A stretch of DNA of 64,000 nt, taken from Mobula hypostoma (taxonomy: Eukaryota). A program made the position numbers and the translations under genes. The DNA is taken from NCBI RefSeq assembly GCF_963921235.1, contig NC_086107.1, forward strand, positions 106,828,001 through 106,892,000, given 5' to 3'. The stretch's first letter is position 1; every line of letters starts with the position of its first letter. Shown here in pieces: positions 37,702 through 51,200 of this stretch. The notes beneath the pieces were generated by a model. It was not told the DNA's origin. It saw nothing but the letters and a program-made list of their open reading frames with translations, and did no database searches.

Positions 37702-38227
37702 TTTGATGTCGTGTCCTTTTCAAGGCGGTTAGTCCACCTTTGGTCTCCACCTGGCACTCAGCTCTCACCTGTGGTTCCCCGTAGCTGTTTGCATGCGACA
37801 GCGGCCACACCCCAGGCAACGGCTCAGACAAGCCGGCTAAACCAAGTGAGGGTAGCCGACGGGTCTCAAACCCTCGGTGAGATAGGGAGTTGTCTATCCC
37901 AGCATGTGAAGACAGACTCCGGCGGATTGAGCAGACGAGACCAATGGAAGGTCCAACGGTCAAGAAGGCGGTTTCTGCAAGTGTCGTGGAACCTGTAGAG
38001 CAGGACAAGACCCAGAAGACGTCCTGGTCATCCACTGTGCCTAGTCCCATCTCCAGCTGTCTCGACTCTGTCTTGCCACTGGATCCAGATGGGAACTGGG
38101 AAGAGAGAGTGAGGCTGACACTGCGCAACTCTCTCTCACTTAAATCCAAGTCACGCGCTAATCTCGACACCATCAATAATGGTGTTGAGGTCCTCATTGA
38201 CGTACGATGGACGAACAACAACAACAA
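37702..38227 (+). mobile_element. RTE-derived short non-autonomous element
   Basis: 7-bp TSD TCTATCA (37695-37701 and 38228-38234); (AAC)n tail; second copy at 12984-13425. Confidence 0.75.
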
Positions 38228-41200
38228 TCTATCAAGTTTTAGTCCAAAGGTCAAAAGCTCCAGTTCCCTTTGTTTTGTCTGTAGGCCAACATCAAAATAA
38301 CCTGTCTGATCTCCAACATAAGCATAGTCACTTGGCAGACTAATACTGATATGTGGTGGAAAGTGACTGGCTGCATTTTGGCCTGGTATGGGAACACCAA
38401 TACCATAGAGTGGAAAATCCCGCAAAAGGCCCAGTATATCATGGGTAAAACTCCCAGCCATTGAGCACATCTACGTGAAACATTGCTGTAGAAAAGCAGC
38501 ATCAATTATCAAAGATCCACATCACCCAGGCTGTACAGTTGCTGCTGCCCTCAGGTAGAAAGTAGAGGAGACTCGAGACTCACCACCAGGTTCAATAACA
38601 GTTACTATCCCTCAACTGTCAATGCTCTTGAACAAAAGGGGATTACACACTGATTTGGGTTCTTTGCGGGAATGGGACCTGCTCTCAGGGTTTCATGACT
38701 GGCTGTTATTTGACATGACAAGGATGCGGCCTAAGAGCTTCGCTCTCCTTCGGGTGGGGAGGGGGGGGTCTGAGATTTTGTGGCTCTGGAGATGGGTGGA
38801 CCGAAGGTAGGTGTCTGCAGGAATCCGGTGTGTTGGCAGATGGAAGATTGAAAGCAGCGAGCTAGCTATGTTCCCAGAGACCTGAGTACAGCTCAGAAAA
38901 AGCAAAGTAATGGATCGTAAAACAGCAAATTATGTCTCCCCTCTTGCTGTGAAATGGAGACATCTTTCCCACTTTTCCCACCTTTCCCACAGGAGAGAGC
39001 CTGTGGTATGTCGAATACCAGGTAAATGGGTAGTCTTTGGGGTACTGCAAGTCAGTTGCTTTTCTGGATGCTTGCTGGTGGGTACTGATGCTTTTTTTTT
39101 GCTGGTCAGGGAGGGGGATCATACTGCTGCTTACGCATGGGAGGGGAAGCTTTGGGGTTCTAAGATTTAACTCATTCATTCTTTGGGAGCACTCCTGATT
39201 TTGTGGATGGTTGTGAAAAAAAATTCAGGATGTATATTGTATGCATTTGTCTGACATCAAATGTTACCATTGAAACCTTGTTATTTATATTTTCATTTGC
39301 ACAGTGCTGTTCATTGATCCTGTTTACAGTTATTATCCTATATGTCTGCAGAGTATGCCCACAGGAAAAAGAATCTCAGGGTTGTACTCTTGACAATAAA
39401 TTTTACTTTGAACTTGAACTTAATAGAAATGTCACCAAAAACTTTGAAAACTATCCATGCATAGTGGAGAGTGTCCTCACTGCTTTGGACACAGGCTGAT
39501 ATAGAAACACAACCTCAGTAAGTGGTGACCACAGCCTAGTCTATCACAGGAAAAGCCCTCCCCACCATTGAATGCATTTGAACACCCAATTGCTGGAGAA
39601 GTGTTGCAGATCTCGGAAGGGATTGAACCAAGGGGGATAGAATGAGGTTGATGTACGAGGACATGAGTTCAGTGGGGCAGGAGCAGGCTGAGAATAGGCC
39701 TACCTGGGCCTGGACAGTCAGGTTTGTGGATCTTTATGATTTGAATACATTGCTACCACAAGAAAACAGTGCCCATCACCCTGTCCAATATAGGCCATGA
39801 CCCCACCTTAGGTCCCACACCAGATTCAAGAACCCCAACAACCATCGGGCTCCTGAATGGACACGAATAATTTCAAGGTAAATTTATAATAAAATAATGT
39901 TCAAGACAATCCTGAGATTTGTTTCCTTACGCACGTACACAGTAAATCCAAGAAGCACAAAATCATTGAAAGGCTACACCCAACCGGATGGGCCAACAAC
40001 TGAAGTGCAAAAGATGACAAACTCCAAATGCAAAAGAACACAATAATATAAATTAGCTCTAAATATTGAAAGGGAGTTGAAGAGTATAGTTTGTGGGAAC
40101 AGTTCAGTGACTGGGCAAGTGAAGTTATCTCTAGTTCAAAAGCCTGAATGCTGAGGTCTAATAATTTACTGAAACCCACTACAAACTGATTCTACGAACT
40201 ACAAACACAATTTCGAGGGCTCTACAACTTGATGTTTTCAGTATTTTCTACTTGCAATTTGCCTTTCACATTAGTTGCTTGAGATTAGCACTATTTTGTC
40301 ACAAGTACATCGAAACATTCGGTGAAACTAAGTCTTGATGTTCTTGGGGCATCCCCTTCTGATTCCAGCGTCAACATGGCATGCTCACAGTTTATTAACC
40401 CTAACCAGTACATCTATTTGGAATGTGAAAGGAAACCCACATGGTCACATGAAGAACATACAAACTTATTAAAGGAGGGGGTGGGAATTGAACCCTGGTC
40501 TGACAGCTGCTGCTAAAGCTAACCACTACACTTTTGCCACCCTAGATGTCAGTCTTTATTTATGTATAATTTTTTGAAAATTCTATTTGTTTTTCACTGT
40601 AACTACCTGCAAGAAACTGGATCTGGAGGTAGTGCTTAGTAATATATGTGTACTCTGATAATAAATTTACTTTGAGTTAGACCTAATGAGGATGGAGAAG
40701 AAATCCAAAAAAAAAATGCTTTGAGAGAGTAGGTGTCCCAAATGGATCTATAAAAATGGAGATCAAGCCCGCTCTACTTGCTTTACACTTATGACAGTTT
40801 CAATGGCATATTTAAGTTTGCTGACAACACCACTGGCCAAATCAAAGGTGGTGTGAATCAGCATGTAGGAGGAAGACTGAAAATCGGGCTGAGTGGTGCC
40901 ATAACAACCTCCCACGCAATGTCAGCAAAACCAAGGAGCTGATTATTGACTTCAAGAAGAGGAAACCTGAGGTCCTTCAGCCAGTCCTCATCAGAGGTGG
41001 AGAGGGTCAGCAACTTTAAATTCCTTGGTGTTATTATTTTGGATGACCTGTCCTGGGTCCAGAACAGTGGACGACGCGGCTCGAAGGGCCAAAAGGGCCT
41101 ACTCTGCACTGTCGGTCAATAATCAGTACAATTATGAAATATGCACAACAGTGCCTCTACTTCCTTAGGAGTTTGCAAAGATTCAGCATGACATCTAAAA

Positions 41201-41419
41201 CTTTAACAAACTTACACAGCTGTGTAGTGGAGTGTATATTGACTGGCTGGATCATAGCCTGATATGGAGCCACCAATGTCCTAGAACGGAAGATCCTACA
41301 AAAGGCAGTGGATGCGGGACAGGTAAAGCCCTTGAGCACATCTACCCAAAACATTGTCGCAGGAAAGCAGCATCCATCATCGGGGACCCCCACCACCCAG
41401 GTCATGCTCTCTGCTCTTT

Positions 41420-41875
41420 ACTTTACCTTATTTTACTTTATTGTCGCCAAACAATTGATACTAGAACGTACAATCACCACAGCGATATTTGATTCTGCAC
41501 TTCCCGCTCCCTGGATTACAAATATTAAAAATAGTAAAAATTAGTAAATATTAAAAAATTAAATTATAAATCATAAATAGAAAAGTGTTAAGTAAGGTAG
41601 TGCAAAAAAACCGAGAGGCAGGTCTGGATATTTGGAGGTACAGTCCAGATCCGGGTCAGGATCCGTTCAGCAGTCTTATCACAGTTGGAAAGAAGCTGTT
41701 CCCAAATCTGGCCATACGAGTCTTCAAGCTCCTGAGCCTCCTCCTGGAGGGAAGAGGGACGAAAAGTGTGTTGGCTGGGTGGGCCGTGTCCTTGATTATC
41801 CTGGCAGCACTGCTCCGACAGCGTGCGGTATAAAGTGAGTCCAAGGACGGAAGATTGGTTTGTGTGATGTGCTGC
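41420..41875 (-). mobile_element. Young Rex1/Babar/L2-type LINE 3' end
   Basis: Near-identical to ~4000-4440; inserted into an older opposite-strand copy. Confidence 0.8.
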
Positions 41876-43276
41876 TGAAGGTGGTACAGGAGCCTCAGGA
41901 CTCACATCACCAGGTTCAGGAACAGTTATCACTCCTCAACCATCAGGCTCTTGAACCAATTGGGATAACTTCACTCGTCTCATTATTGAAATGTCTCAAC
42001 AACCTATGGATTCACTTTCAAGAACTCTTCATCTCATGTTCTTGATATTTATTACTTATTTATTAATTAGTTTTTGTATGTGCACAATTTGTCATCTTTT
42101 GCAGACTGTTCTCCTTGGGCGCCCAAGTTGGTGCAGTCTTTCATTGATTCTGTTCTGGTTATTATTTATTGAGTATGCCCACAAGAAAATGAATTTCAGG
42201 GTTGTATACGTATACTTTGGCAATAAATTTACTTTGAATTTAAGATATGCGCAGCTATGTCAAGAAAACTGCTCAATAATCAGAATCAGGTTTATTATCA
42301 TTGGCATGTGACGTGAAATTTGTTAACTTAGCAGCAGCAGTTCAATGCAGTACATAATCTAGCAGAGAGAGAGAAAAAATAATAGATAAAATAAAACATA
42401 ATAAATAAGTAAATCAATTACAGTATACGTATATTGAATAGATTTTTTTTAATGTGCAAAAACAGAAATACTGTTTATTAAAAAGTGAGGTAGTGTCCAA
42501 AGCTTCAATGTCCATTTAGGAATTGGATGGCAGGGGGGAAGAAGTTGTTCCTGAATCGCTGAGTGTGTGCCTTCAGGCTTCTGTACCTCCTACCTGATGG
42601 TAACAGTGAGAAAAGGGCATGCCCTGGGTGCTGGAGGTCCTTAATAGTGGACGCTGCCTTTCTGAGGCAGCTCCTGAAAAATGTCCTGGGTACTTTGTAG
42701 GCTAGTGCCCAAGGTGGAGCTGACTAGATTTACAACCCTCTGCAGCTTCTTTTGGTCCTGTGCAGTAGCCCCTCCATACCAGACAGTGATGCAGCCTTTC
42801 AGGATGCTCCCCACGGTACAACCATAGAAGTTTTTGAGTGTATTTGTCGACGTGCCAAATCTCTTCAAACTCCTAATAAAGTATCCTTTTGTTCCACTGC
42901 ACTCCTCTGTGACCTACCGTTCTCTGTTATTTTTCTTACACTGGTTTGCCCTCCCAAAGCGCAACATCGCACTGTATTAAGTTCCATCTACCATTTTTTT
43001 TTAGCTGGTTCAGATCCTGCTACAAGCTGACCACTTCACCCTCAATCTTGGTATCATCCTCAAATTTGCTGATCTTGTTTTCAACATTATCATCTAAATT
43101 ACTAATATAGATGACAAACAACACCAGATCCAGCAACAATCCCTGCAGCACACCATTAGACACAGGCCCCCAGTCTGAAAGACAACTATCTACTACCACT
43201 CTCTGGCTTTTCCTATTAAGCCAATGCTGAATCTAATTAACTGCTTCATTCTGAATGTCAAGCGACCGAACCTTCG

Positions 43277-44225
43277 TGATTTTTTATAAATGACCCGGAC
43301 AAGGAAGTGGAGGGATGGGTTAGTAAGTTTGCTGATGACACAAAGGTTGGAGGTGTTGTGGATAGTGTGGGGGGCTGTCAGAAGTTACAGCGGGACATTG
43401 ATAGGATGCAAAACTGGGCTGAGAAGTGGCAAATGGAGTTCAACCCAGATAAGAGTGAGGTTGTTCATTTTGGTAGGTCAAATATGATGGCAGAATGTAG
43501 TATTAATGGTAAGACTCTTGGCAGTGTGGAGGATCAGAAGGATCTTGGGGTCTAAGTCCGTAGGACACTCAAAGCAGCTGCGCAGGTTGACTTTGTATTT
43601 AAGAAGGCGTACAGTGTATTGGCCTTCATCAATCGTGGAATTGAATTTAGGAGCCGAAAGGTAATGTTACAGCTATATAGGACCCTGGTCAGACCACACA
43701 TGGAGTACTGTGCTCAGTTCTGGTCGCCTAACTACAGGAAGGATGTGGAAGCCATAGAAAGGGTGCAGAGGAGATTTACAAGGCCTGGATTGGGGAGCAT
43801 GCCTTATGAGAATAGGTTGAGTGAACTCGGCCTTTTCCCACTGGAGCGACGGAGGATGAGAGGTGAGCTGATAGAAGTGTATAAGATGATGAGAGGCATT
43901 GATCGTGCGGATAGTCAGAGGCTTTTTCCCAGGGCTGAAATGGTTGCCACAAGAGGATACAGGTTTAAGGTGCTGGGGAGTAGGTACAGAGGAGATGTCA
44001 GGGGTAAGTTTTTTTACTCAGAGAGTGGTGAGTGCGTGGAATGAGCTGCCGGCAACGGTGGTGGATACAATAGGGTCTTTTAAGAGACTTTTAGATAGGT
44101 ACATGAAGCTTAGTAAAATAGAGGGCTATAGGTAAGCCTAGTAATTTCTAAGGTACGGACATGTTCGGCACAACTCTGTGGGCCGAATGGCCTGTATTGT
44201 GCTGTAGGTTTTCTATGTTCTATGT
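43277..44225 (+). mobile_element. CR1 LINE 3' part
   Basis: SKFADDTKVGG, RPHMEYCAQFWSP; tail TTCTATGTTCTATGTTCT. Confidence 0.9.
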
Positions 44226-44819
44226 TCTGGAGTAGCCTCCTATGCATGACTTTGTCGAAAGCCTTACTAAAGTCCACGTAGACAACGTTCACTGCCTTTT
44301 CTTCATAACTTTTCCGGTAACTTCCTCGAAAAATTAAGATTGTTTAGACACGATCTACCACATACACACACACATACAGAGCCACACTGACAATCGCTAG
44401 TCATAGAAAAATACGGTTCAGAAACAGGCCATTTGGCCCATCTAGTCCCTGCCGAACTATTTAAACTGCCTACTGCCATCGACCTGCACCGGGACCATAC
44501 CCCTACCATCCATGTACCTATCCAAACTTCTCTTAAATGTTGAAATCAAGGTCGTATGCAATCAGACTGTGTCTATCCAAATACTTACATATACTGTCCC
44601 TTAGAATACCTTCCAATAACTTACCCTCTACTGACATCAGGCTCATCAACCTATAATTTCCAGGCTTATTCTTACAGCCTTTCCAGAACTTTTTATCTGA
44701 TTTTAAAATATAATTACATGAAAATTAAACTTCCTTTAAAAAATCTAATTATTGCCATCATTTCAGGCATCTGTATAGTCCTTCCGTCTGGGACCAGAGG
44801 AAGGAAAAGAGGTGGGAAT

Positions 44820-44990
44820 TGTGCGATTGGCAGCAGTAAGCCACTTACGTGGCAAAGAATTTGATCGACAGGCCGATGGCCAATGAAAGGAGGAAGACGG
44901 CGGTCTAGCGGCGGTGAGATGCGTTGCTGGGGAGCGGTAACCAAGGAGGCCGCAGTGAAGGCCTGAAGCGGTGTGAGGGTTCGGAGAGCG
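44820..44990 (+). promoter_or_regulatory. IFT27: Probable IFT27 promoter / first exon region
   Basis: CpG-rich non-repeat island ~250 bp upstream of the ATG; ATTGG 44826-44830; CCAAT 44880-44884; GTTGCT and GGTAAC RFX half-sites at 44923-44941. Confidence 0.55.
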
Positions 44991-45182
44991 GGTTACTGAT
45001 CAGTAGTAACACGAATTTACTGAATTAGTCTTGTATTGAACTAATCAACGGATTAATGAGCTGTTAGTCACTAATTTTAAGGCAGCTTTTCTTCTTCAAA
45101 AATCTCCTTCTTAAGCCCACCTCCAGTTTAAATTCCATGGAGGATCAGGAGCCAGACCAATAGTCCGTTTCCAGAACCAACC

Positions 45183-45216
45183 ATGGTGAAACTGAGGGCC
45201 AAATGCCTTCTGGCTG
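45183..45216 (+). CDS. IFT27: IFT27 coding exon 1
   Basis: ACCATGG Kozak; [17 protein letters not shown] donor. Confidence 0.9.
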
Positions 45217-48200
45217 GTAAGTCGAGTAAAAAAACCTGGCAGGAGGAGGAGGAGCTGCCTTTGTGTGGCGCCTCCAGCCTTACCAAGACACACCCAGGTG
45301 CCTCACAGCTGACCACCTCCTGAAGCCACACACAGCAGGGTCTGTCAGACGTGATAGTGGCAGACCCATCGAATGCTTTAGTGATACTCTGGGGTTCTAA
45401 CGTTTTCCTGTCGTTCATTCTTTGGGATTTTTACCATGTAACAATTACAGCACGGAAGCAGACCATCTCGGCCCTTCTAGTCCGTGCCGAACTCTTACTC
45501 TCACCTCGTCTCACTGACCTGCTCTCAGCCCATAACCCTCCATTCCTTTCCTGTCCATATAGCTATCCAATTTAACTTTAAATGAGAATATCGAACCTGC
45601 TTCAACCACTTCTGCTGGAAGCTTGTTCCACACAGCTACCACTCTCTGAGTAAAGAATTTCCCCCTCATGTTACCCCTAAACTTTTGCCCTTCAACTCCC
45701 TACTCTTGTCCTCTTCAACCCTCTACTCTTGTCCTGTTCAACCCTCTACTCTTGTCCTGTTCAACCCTCTACTCTTGTCCTCTTCAACCCTCTACTCTTG
45801 TCCTCTTCAACTCTCAACTCATGTCCACAGGAGATCCTTTCTACAACTCCTCCTCAAGTATATAACTCCTCCTCTCTCATGCCTCTGTAATTCCCTTTTC
45901 TCCACTGTAGTACTGATACATCTAACTTTAGCTTCTCCCTCTCAAACTGCAGGGTAAATGGAATCATTATTGTGACCAAGGGTTCCTTTACCTTAGGCTA
46001 CCTAATTGTAGCCAGTCCAGAATTGCTGGTTCCCATGTGGGCTCAGTAGCTGCTCCAAAAAGCCATCTTAGAGGCATTCCACAAATTCTCTGTCTTGGGA
46101 TCCAGCATCAACTTGATTTTCCAAATCTATCTGCATATTGAAAATCCACCATGACTAACGTAGCCCTGATGACAGTTATATACAAGCTCCTGTTCAAACT
46201 CCGAAAAATCAGCTACAAAACTTTGTTTTTTTGCTCTCTGCTCGACCTGGGTGAAGTCACCTTTACTTTTCCACTTCAAACTCCCATTGGCTGTTATTCC
46301 ATGCTGAATACGTGCTTTTTCTTCTGTTTCGTAGATGTCTGCGGAGAATAAGAATTTCGGGTTGTATACTGTGTACATTCTCTGATATAAAATGGAACCA
46401 TTGGTTGCAGTGGGACCAAGCCACATCAGAGAGGATTCTGGAACAGAAGCCAGAGTAGCTTTTTGTTCCATTGATAGCATTTCCATCAGTGCAACTTCTC
46501 TTGTCTCCTTCCTATCACTGATAAAGGATCTTCAACCTGTAATGTTAATTGTCTTCCCACAGATGCTGCCTGACCTGCTGAGTATTTGCAATTTCTTCTG
46601 CTTTTATTGTAGATTCTCCATTTACTGTAGGTTCCCTCCACCCTATGTGTTTCCTTAGTACTACACCTCTGGCAGTGTAGCTACCACTCAGGATTGTTCC
46701 TTTTGCACTGTTTTGTGGCAGCAGTACAATGCAATACATATTAAAACAACTATAAATTACACTAAGAAATATATATAAATCAAGTATTGATAAAAAAGAA
46801 TAGTGTATTTGGATTCAGAAATCTGATGGTAGAAGCTGTTTGTAAAATGTTGAGTGAGTATCTTCAGGCTTCTGTACTTGAAGGTGGTAGTGAGAAAAGG
46901 GATGTCTTGGATGATATGGGTTTTCTTGGGTGATGGAGTGATTAGTGGAAATTCGCAAATAGATTATTGCACTATTTATTTTCATTCTCTGATTAATAGA
47001 TATAAGTTGCATAATTCAAATCTCTTACTCTTCCTTCAGTTAGTCCTGACGAAGGGTCTCGGCCTGAAATGTCGACTGTACCTCTTCCTAGAGATGCTGC
47101 CTGGCCTGCTGCGTTCACCAGCAACTTTGATGTGTGTTGCTTGAATTTCCAGCATCTGCAGAATTCCTGTTGTTTGCGTTTTTAAATTCACTACTGTGAA
47201 GCCTCTTCCGGTGATGCCTACACAGAAGAAGTTTAGATCCTCTCTTCGACGGGAGTTTAGTGAAACCATCTCTCACTGCTCCCCATCTGAAATTTCTTCG
47301 GCTCTTCAACTTTTCGACCACATTTTGACTCAGACTCGCTATCCAATCACCTGTCCAGCTCTTGGCTCCATCCTTCCCCCTCCTATCTTTTCCTATCATT
47401 TTGGATCTCCCCCTCCCCCTCCAACTTTCAAATCTCTTACTCATTCTTCCTTCAGTTAGTCCTGACGAAGGGTCTCGGCCTGAAACGTCGACTGTACCTC
47501 TTCCTAGAGATGCTGCCTGGCCTGCTGCGTTCACCAGCAACTTTAATGTGTGTTGCTTTAATTATCTCAATGCTTATTTGTATGTGAATTTTAACCTTGA
47601 ACCTTTCTTGTTAAAATGGTTAAGGTTTTGGACAGAGCATGTGATGTGAATGTTTTTTTGACCATTGAATGCTTTTGTCTGCCTTTACCTTGCTTGAATA
47701 TTATCACATCAGCCCTGTATTTGCTGTCTTTTTTTTTGCCTACCAAACTGATTCCAGATATGAATGACTTTGTGTTGGGCACGTGGCCGAGTGGTTAAGG
47801 CATTCATCTAGTGATCTGAAGGTCGCTGGTTCGAGCCTCAGCTGTGCCACTGTGTTTGTGTCCTTCAGCAAGGCACTTAACCACACATTGCTCTAGTGCC
47901 TGTGTGAGAAATGGCGCCCCACACAGACTTCCAATCTGTGCCTTGTAAGGCATGAAAATGCCCGACGCAAGCCTCTCATGGTCTGAGTCGATGTTCCTTC
48001 CTTAGTAATACAAGGGGTGATTGATAAGTTTGTGGCCTTCTACCTAAGGTAGAAGATGAGTTATTAACTTCAAACTTTCTGCATGATCACTCAAAGCTGT
48101 ATCAGTCATCTCCTTCTACCTTAGGCCACGAACTTATCAATCACCCCTGCTGTGGACCACTTTCTGGAGGTCCAAGATGCCGACTTCTACAAAGAAGGGA

Positions 48201-51200
48201 TCCATATGCTCCACGACCGCTGGACTAAGTGTGTAAATGTAGGAGGGGACTATGTTGAAAAATAAATGTGTGAGGTTTTCTAAAATTGACTCCTTCTACC
48301 CTGGGCCACAAACTTATCAATCACCCCTCGTATGTATAGTCTGGAGAGCTGTGATGGTTCTGCGTAGAATGAGAGAATATAATATTTAAAATAAGAAAAA
48401 TAGTGTCTTATCATCAAGAATAAACTCACAAAATCAAAAGGACTATAGCAATACATATTTAAAAAAATAGGATTTTTAACGATTTTCACACTTTAGAGTA
48501 ATCCTGATGTTCCCACTTCCCCTGTCTTCTTCCATAGCCTTGCTACTTCTCCAAACCGCTTTTGAACCCTGCAATTGAATCTGCCTCCTCTATTATGCTT
48601 GTTAGTGCAATCCTGGCCCTAAATATTCATTTCATAAAGAGTTTTACTTCACATTGAGTTTTGTTTCCTGTCAGTCTCCTTCTTTACTTTGTAACCTGGT
48701 TTTTGACCCTTCTGCCACTGGGATTTGTTTACCTTTTTTAAAAAATTAGATTATCTCATTCTAAGGAAAAACATCACAGTTTCGCCTGTCTATGCATATT
48801 AACAAGACCCTCATCCTGGAATAGTTTTAGTAAATCTCTTTTACATTCTGTTTAAAGCTTTTAAATATTTGCTAAATGTAGGGCCTGGAAATTGATGTAA
48901 TACTTTAGGTGTAGTTTATTATATAGATTCATCGCACTTTTGTCTCTAATTATAATTCCCAGGATCCTTGTACTTCATTCAACCACTTTTTCAATCTGCT
49001 TCACTATTTTCAACCAACTGTTTACATGTGCCTCCAGATCTTCCTTTTTCTTTTAGATTTCTACTCAAATTTGTATTGTTCTAATTCATCATCTCAAAAT
49101 GCAACCTTTTGCATTTCTCAGCATAAACTTCTGTTTGCTATCTACTTGCTGTGTTCACCACTCGTGTGTTTATATTTTTGAAGTTTATTACAAATTGCTA
49201 TATCTCAAAGCTGTGTATCATCTGCAGAGTTGGAAGCTGTGTCTTGTACAGCAAAGACCAAATAATTAATATGTTTTTTTTTTAAAAAGCAGTCTTAGTA
49301 ACAAACCTGAGAAATTCCAGCTGCACGCTTCCCTTCTGAGGCTACTGAAGGGCTTGGACAGGTTAGAAGAATGGGCAAAGTGGCAGATCGAATACAGTGT
49401 CGGGAAGTGTTTAAGATGGCATTGCTGATGCCTAGTGACTACTTACCAGTGGCAAAATACAAAACAATGAAAATCAACGAAACACCTTATTAAATAAGAG
49501 AGGCAAAGGCGAGGCATGACAGAGGCAAAGGGAGATGGGAGTGAGGGAAGTCCTGATGTCCGATCGAATTGGAAAGGTTGGGTAGGAGCTGAATTGTGGT
49601 GGCAGGGTCCAGGCCTTAGAGCTGTCTGAGAGTGAGGGACGCCCTGATATTTGGACGATTTAAGCACCAGGTCAGGATGTCAGGACCAGAGGTGAGGGAC
49701 GGGCCTGTTCTGCTTTCTACTCCGTGATGTTTACTCAGCAATGCGCTGAACTGAGGCTGTGGCCTACTTCGGCTGCAGTGATGCCTGGCTTCATGTCTTT
49801 TGTAAAACCTCAGTTCTAAATGCTTTTTGCTTACTTTCATTGTTTGCACAATTTTTTTTTCCTTTCTCTCTGTCCATTGGGTATATAGCTTTTTTTAATG
49901 GGTTCATTTGGGGTTACCTTGTTTTGTGGCTGCCTGAAAGGAGACAAATTTCAAGGTTGTATAATGTATACCTACATTAATATAAATATACTTTGAACTT
50001 TGAAATAAAAGCGTAGACTATTTTTCTAAGTGGAGAGAAAATTAAAAAATCTGAGGTGCAAAGGGACTTGGGAGTCCTCATGCAGGATTCCCTAAAGGTT
50101 AATTTTCAGGTTGAGCCTGTGGTGAGGAAGCAGACATCCCACCTCTCCCGGAAGTTCTGGGAGTCTCTCGCATATCGAAAGTGGTTCCCTGACGCCCGGA
50201 AATTATATACAATATCCCGGAAATTGATTTTTTTTTTGAGAGGGAGAGCGAGCATCCTGATTGGTCTCTCTTCATGCTAAGAGTGGTCCCCAACTACTAC
50301 AGGGCCGCGAGGAAACAATATGACCCTCCCCCCCACCCGGGGTCAGCCGGTCTGCAAGAATATTGTCAATATTTAACCGGTCTGTGGTGCAAGAGAGGTT
50401 GGGGACCCCGGATTTAAACTAGCTGGCTAGCTGCCAAGGAGCTATGCTATTGATGTCCAACGTGATGAGGCCAAACTCCCTGTAGACTTGCATAAGTTGT
50501 AATAGAATAAACATGATAATATATTATAATGTAAGTACATATTTTAGTATCATTTTCTGCATATACCCAACGGTTTACATATTAGACAAAATCACTAAAC
50601 AAATTATTACATACACCCTTGGAGGTCAAGGGGGGGGTGGGGTGAGTATGGGGTTGTGGGGGGGGGGCAGGGTGCTACCTCCCTGAAATGAGTTTTTGCA
50701 GGGTGGGATATCTGAGGAAGCCAAATGTAATGTTAGCATTCATTTCGAGAGGACTAAGATATCAAAGCAAGGATGTAATGTTGAGACTTTATAAGGCACT
50801 GGTGAGGCCTCACTTGGAGTATTGTGAACAGTTTTGGGCCCCTTATCTAAAAAAGGATGTGCTGGCATTGGATAGGGCTCAAAGGAAGTTCACAAAAATG
50901 ATTCTGGGATTGAAAGACGTATCACATTCAGAGCATTTGATGGCCCAGGGGCTGTACTCACTGGAATTCAGAAGAATGAGGAGGAAATCTCATTGAAACC
51001 TATCAAGCATTGAAAGGCCTTGATTGAGTGGATGTGAAGAGGATGTTTCCTGTGGTGGGGGAGTCTAAGACTATAGGACGCAGCCTCAGAATCGAGGGAC
51101 GTCCATTCAGAATGGAGATGAGGAGGAATTTCTTTAGCCAGAGAGTGGTGAATTTGTGGAATTGGTTGCCACAGGTGGCTGTGGAGGCCAAGTCATTGGG

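Noticed and set aside
37541..38470. 309-aa - strand ORF as a host gene
   Set aside because: It is the antisense reading of an interspersed repeat plus a LINE remnant, with no recognisable domain; the same applies to the ORFs at 12824-13520.
47776..47850. tRNA gene
   Set aside because: A and B boxes are present but the acceptor stem does not close, and it continues into a SINE body seen elsewhere in the window.
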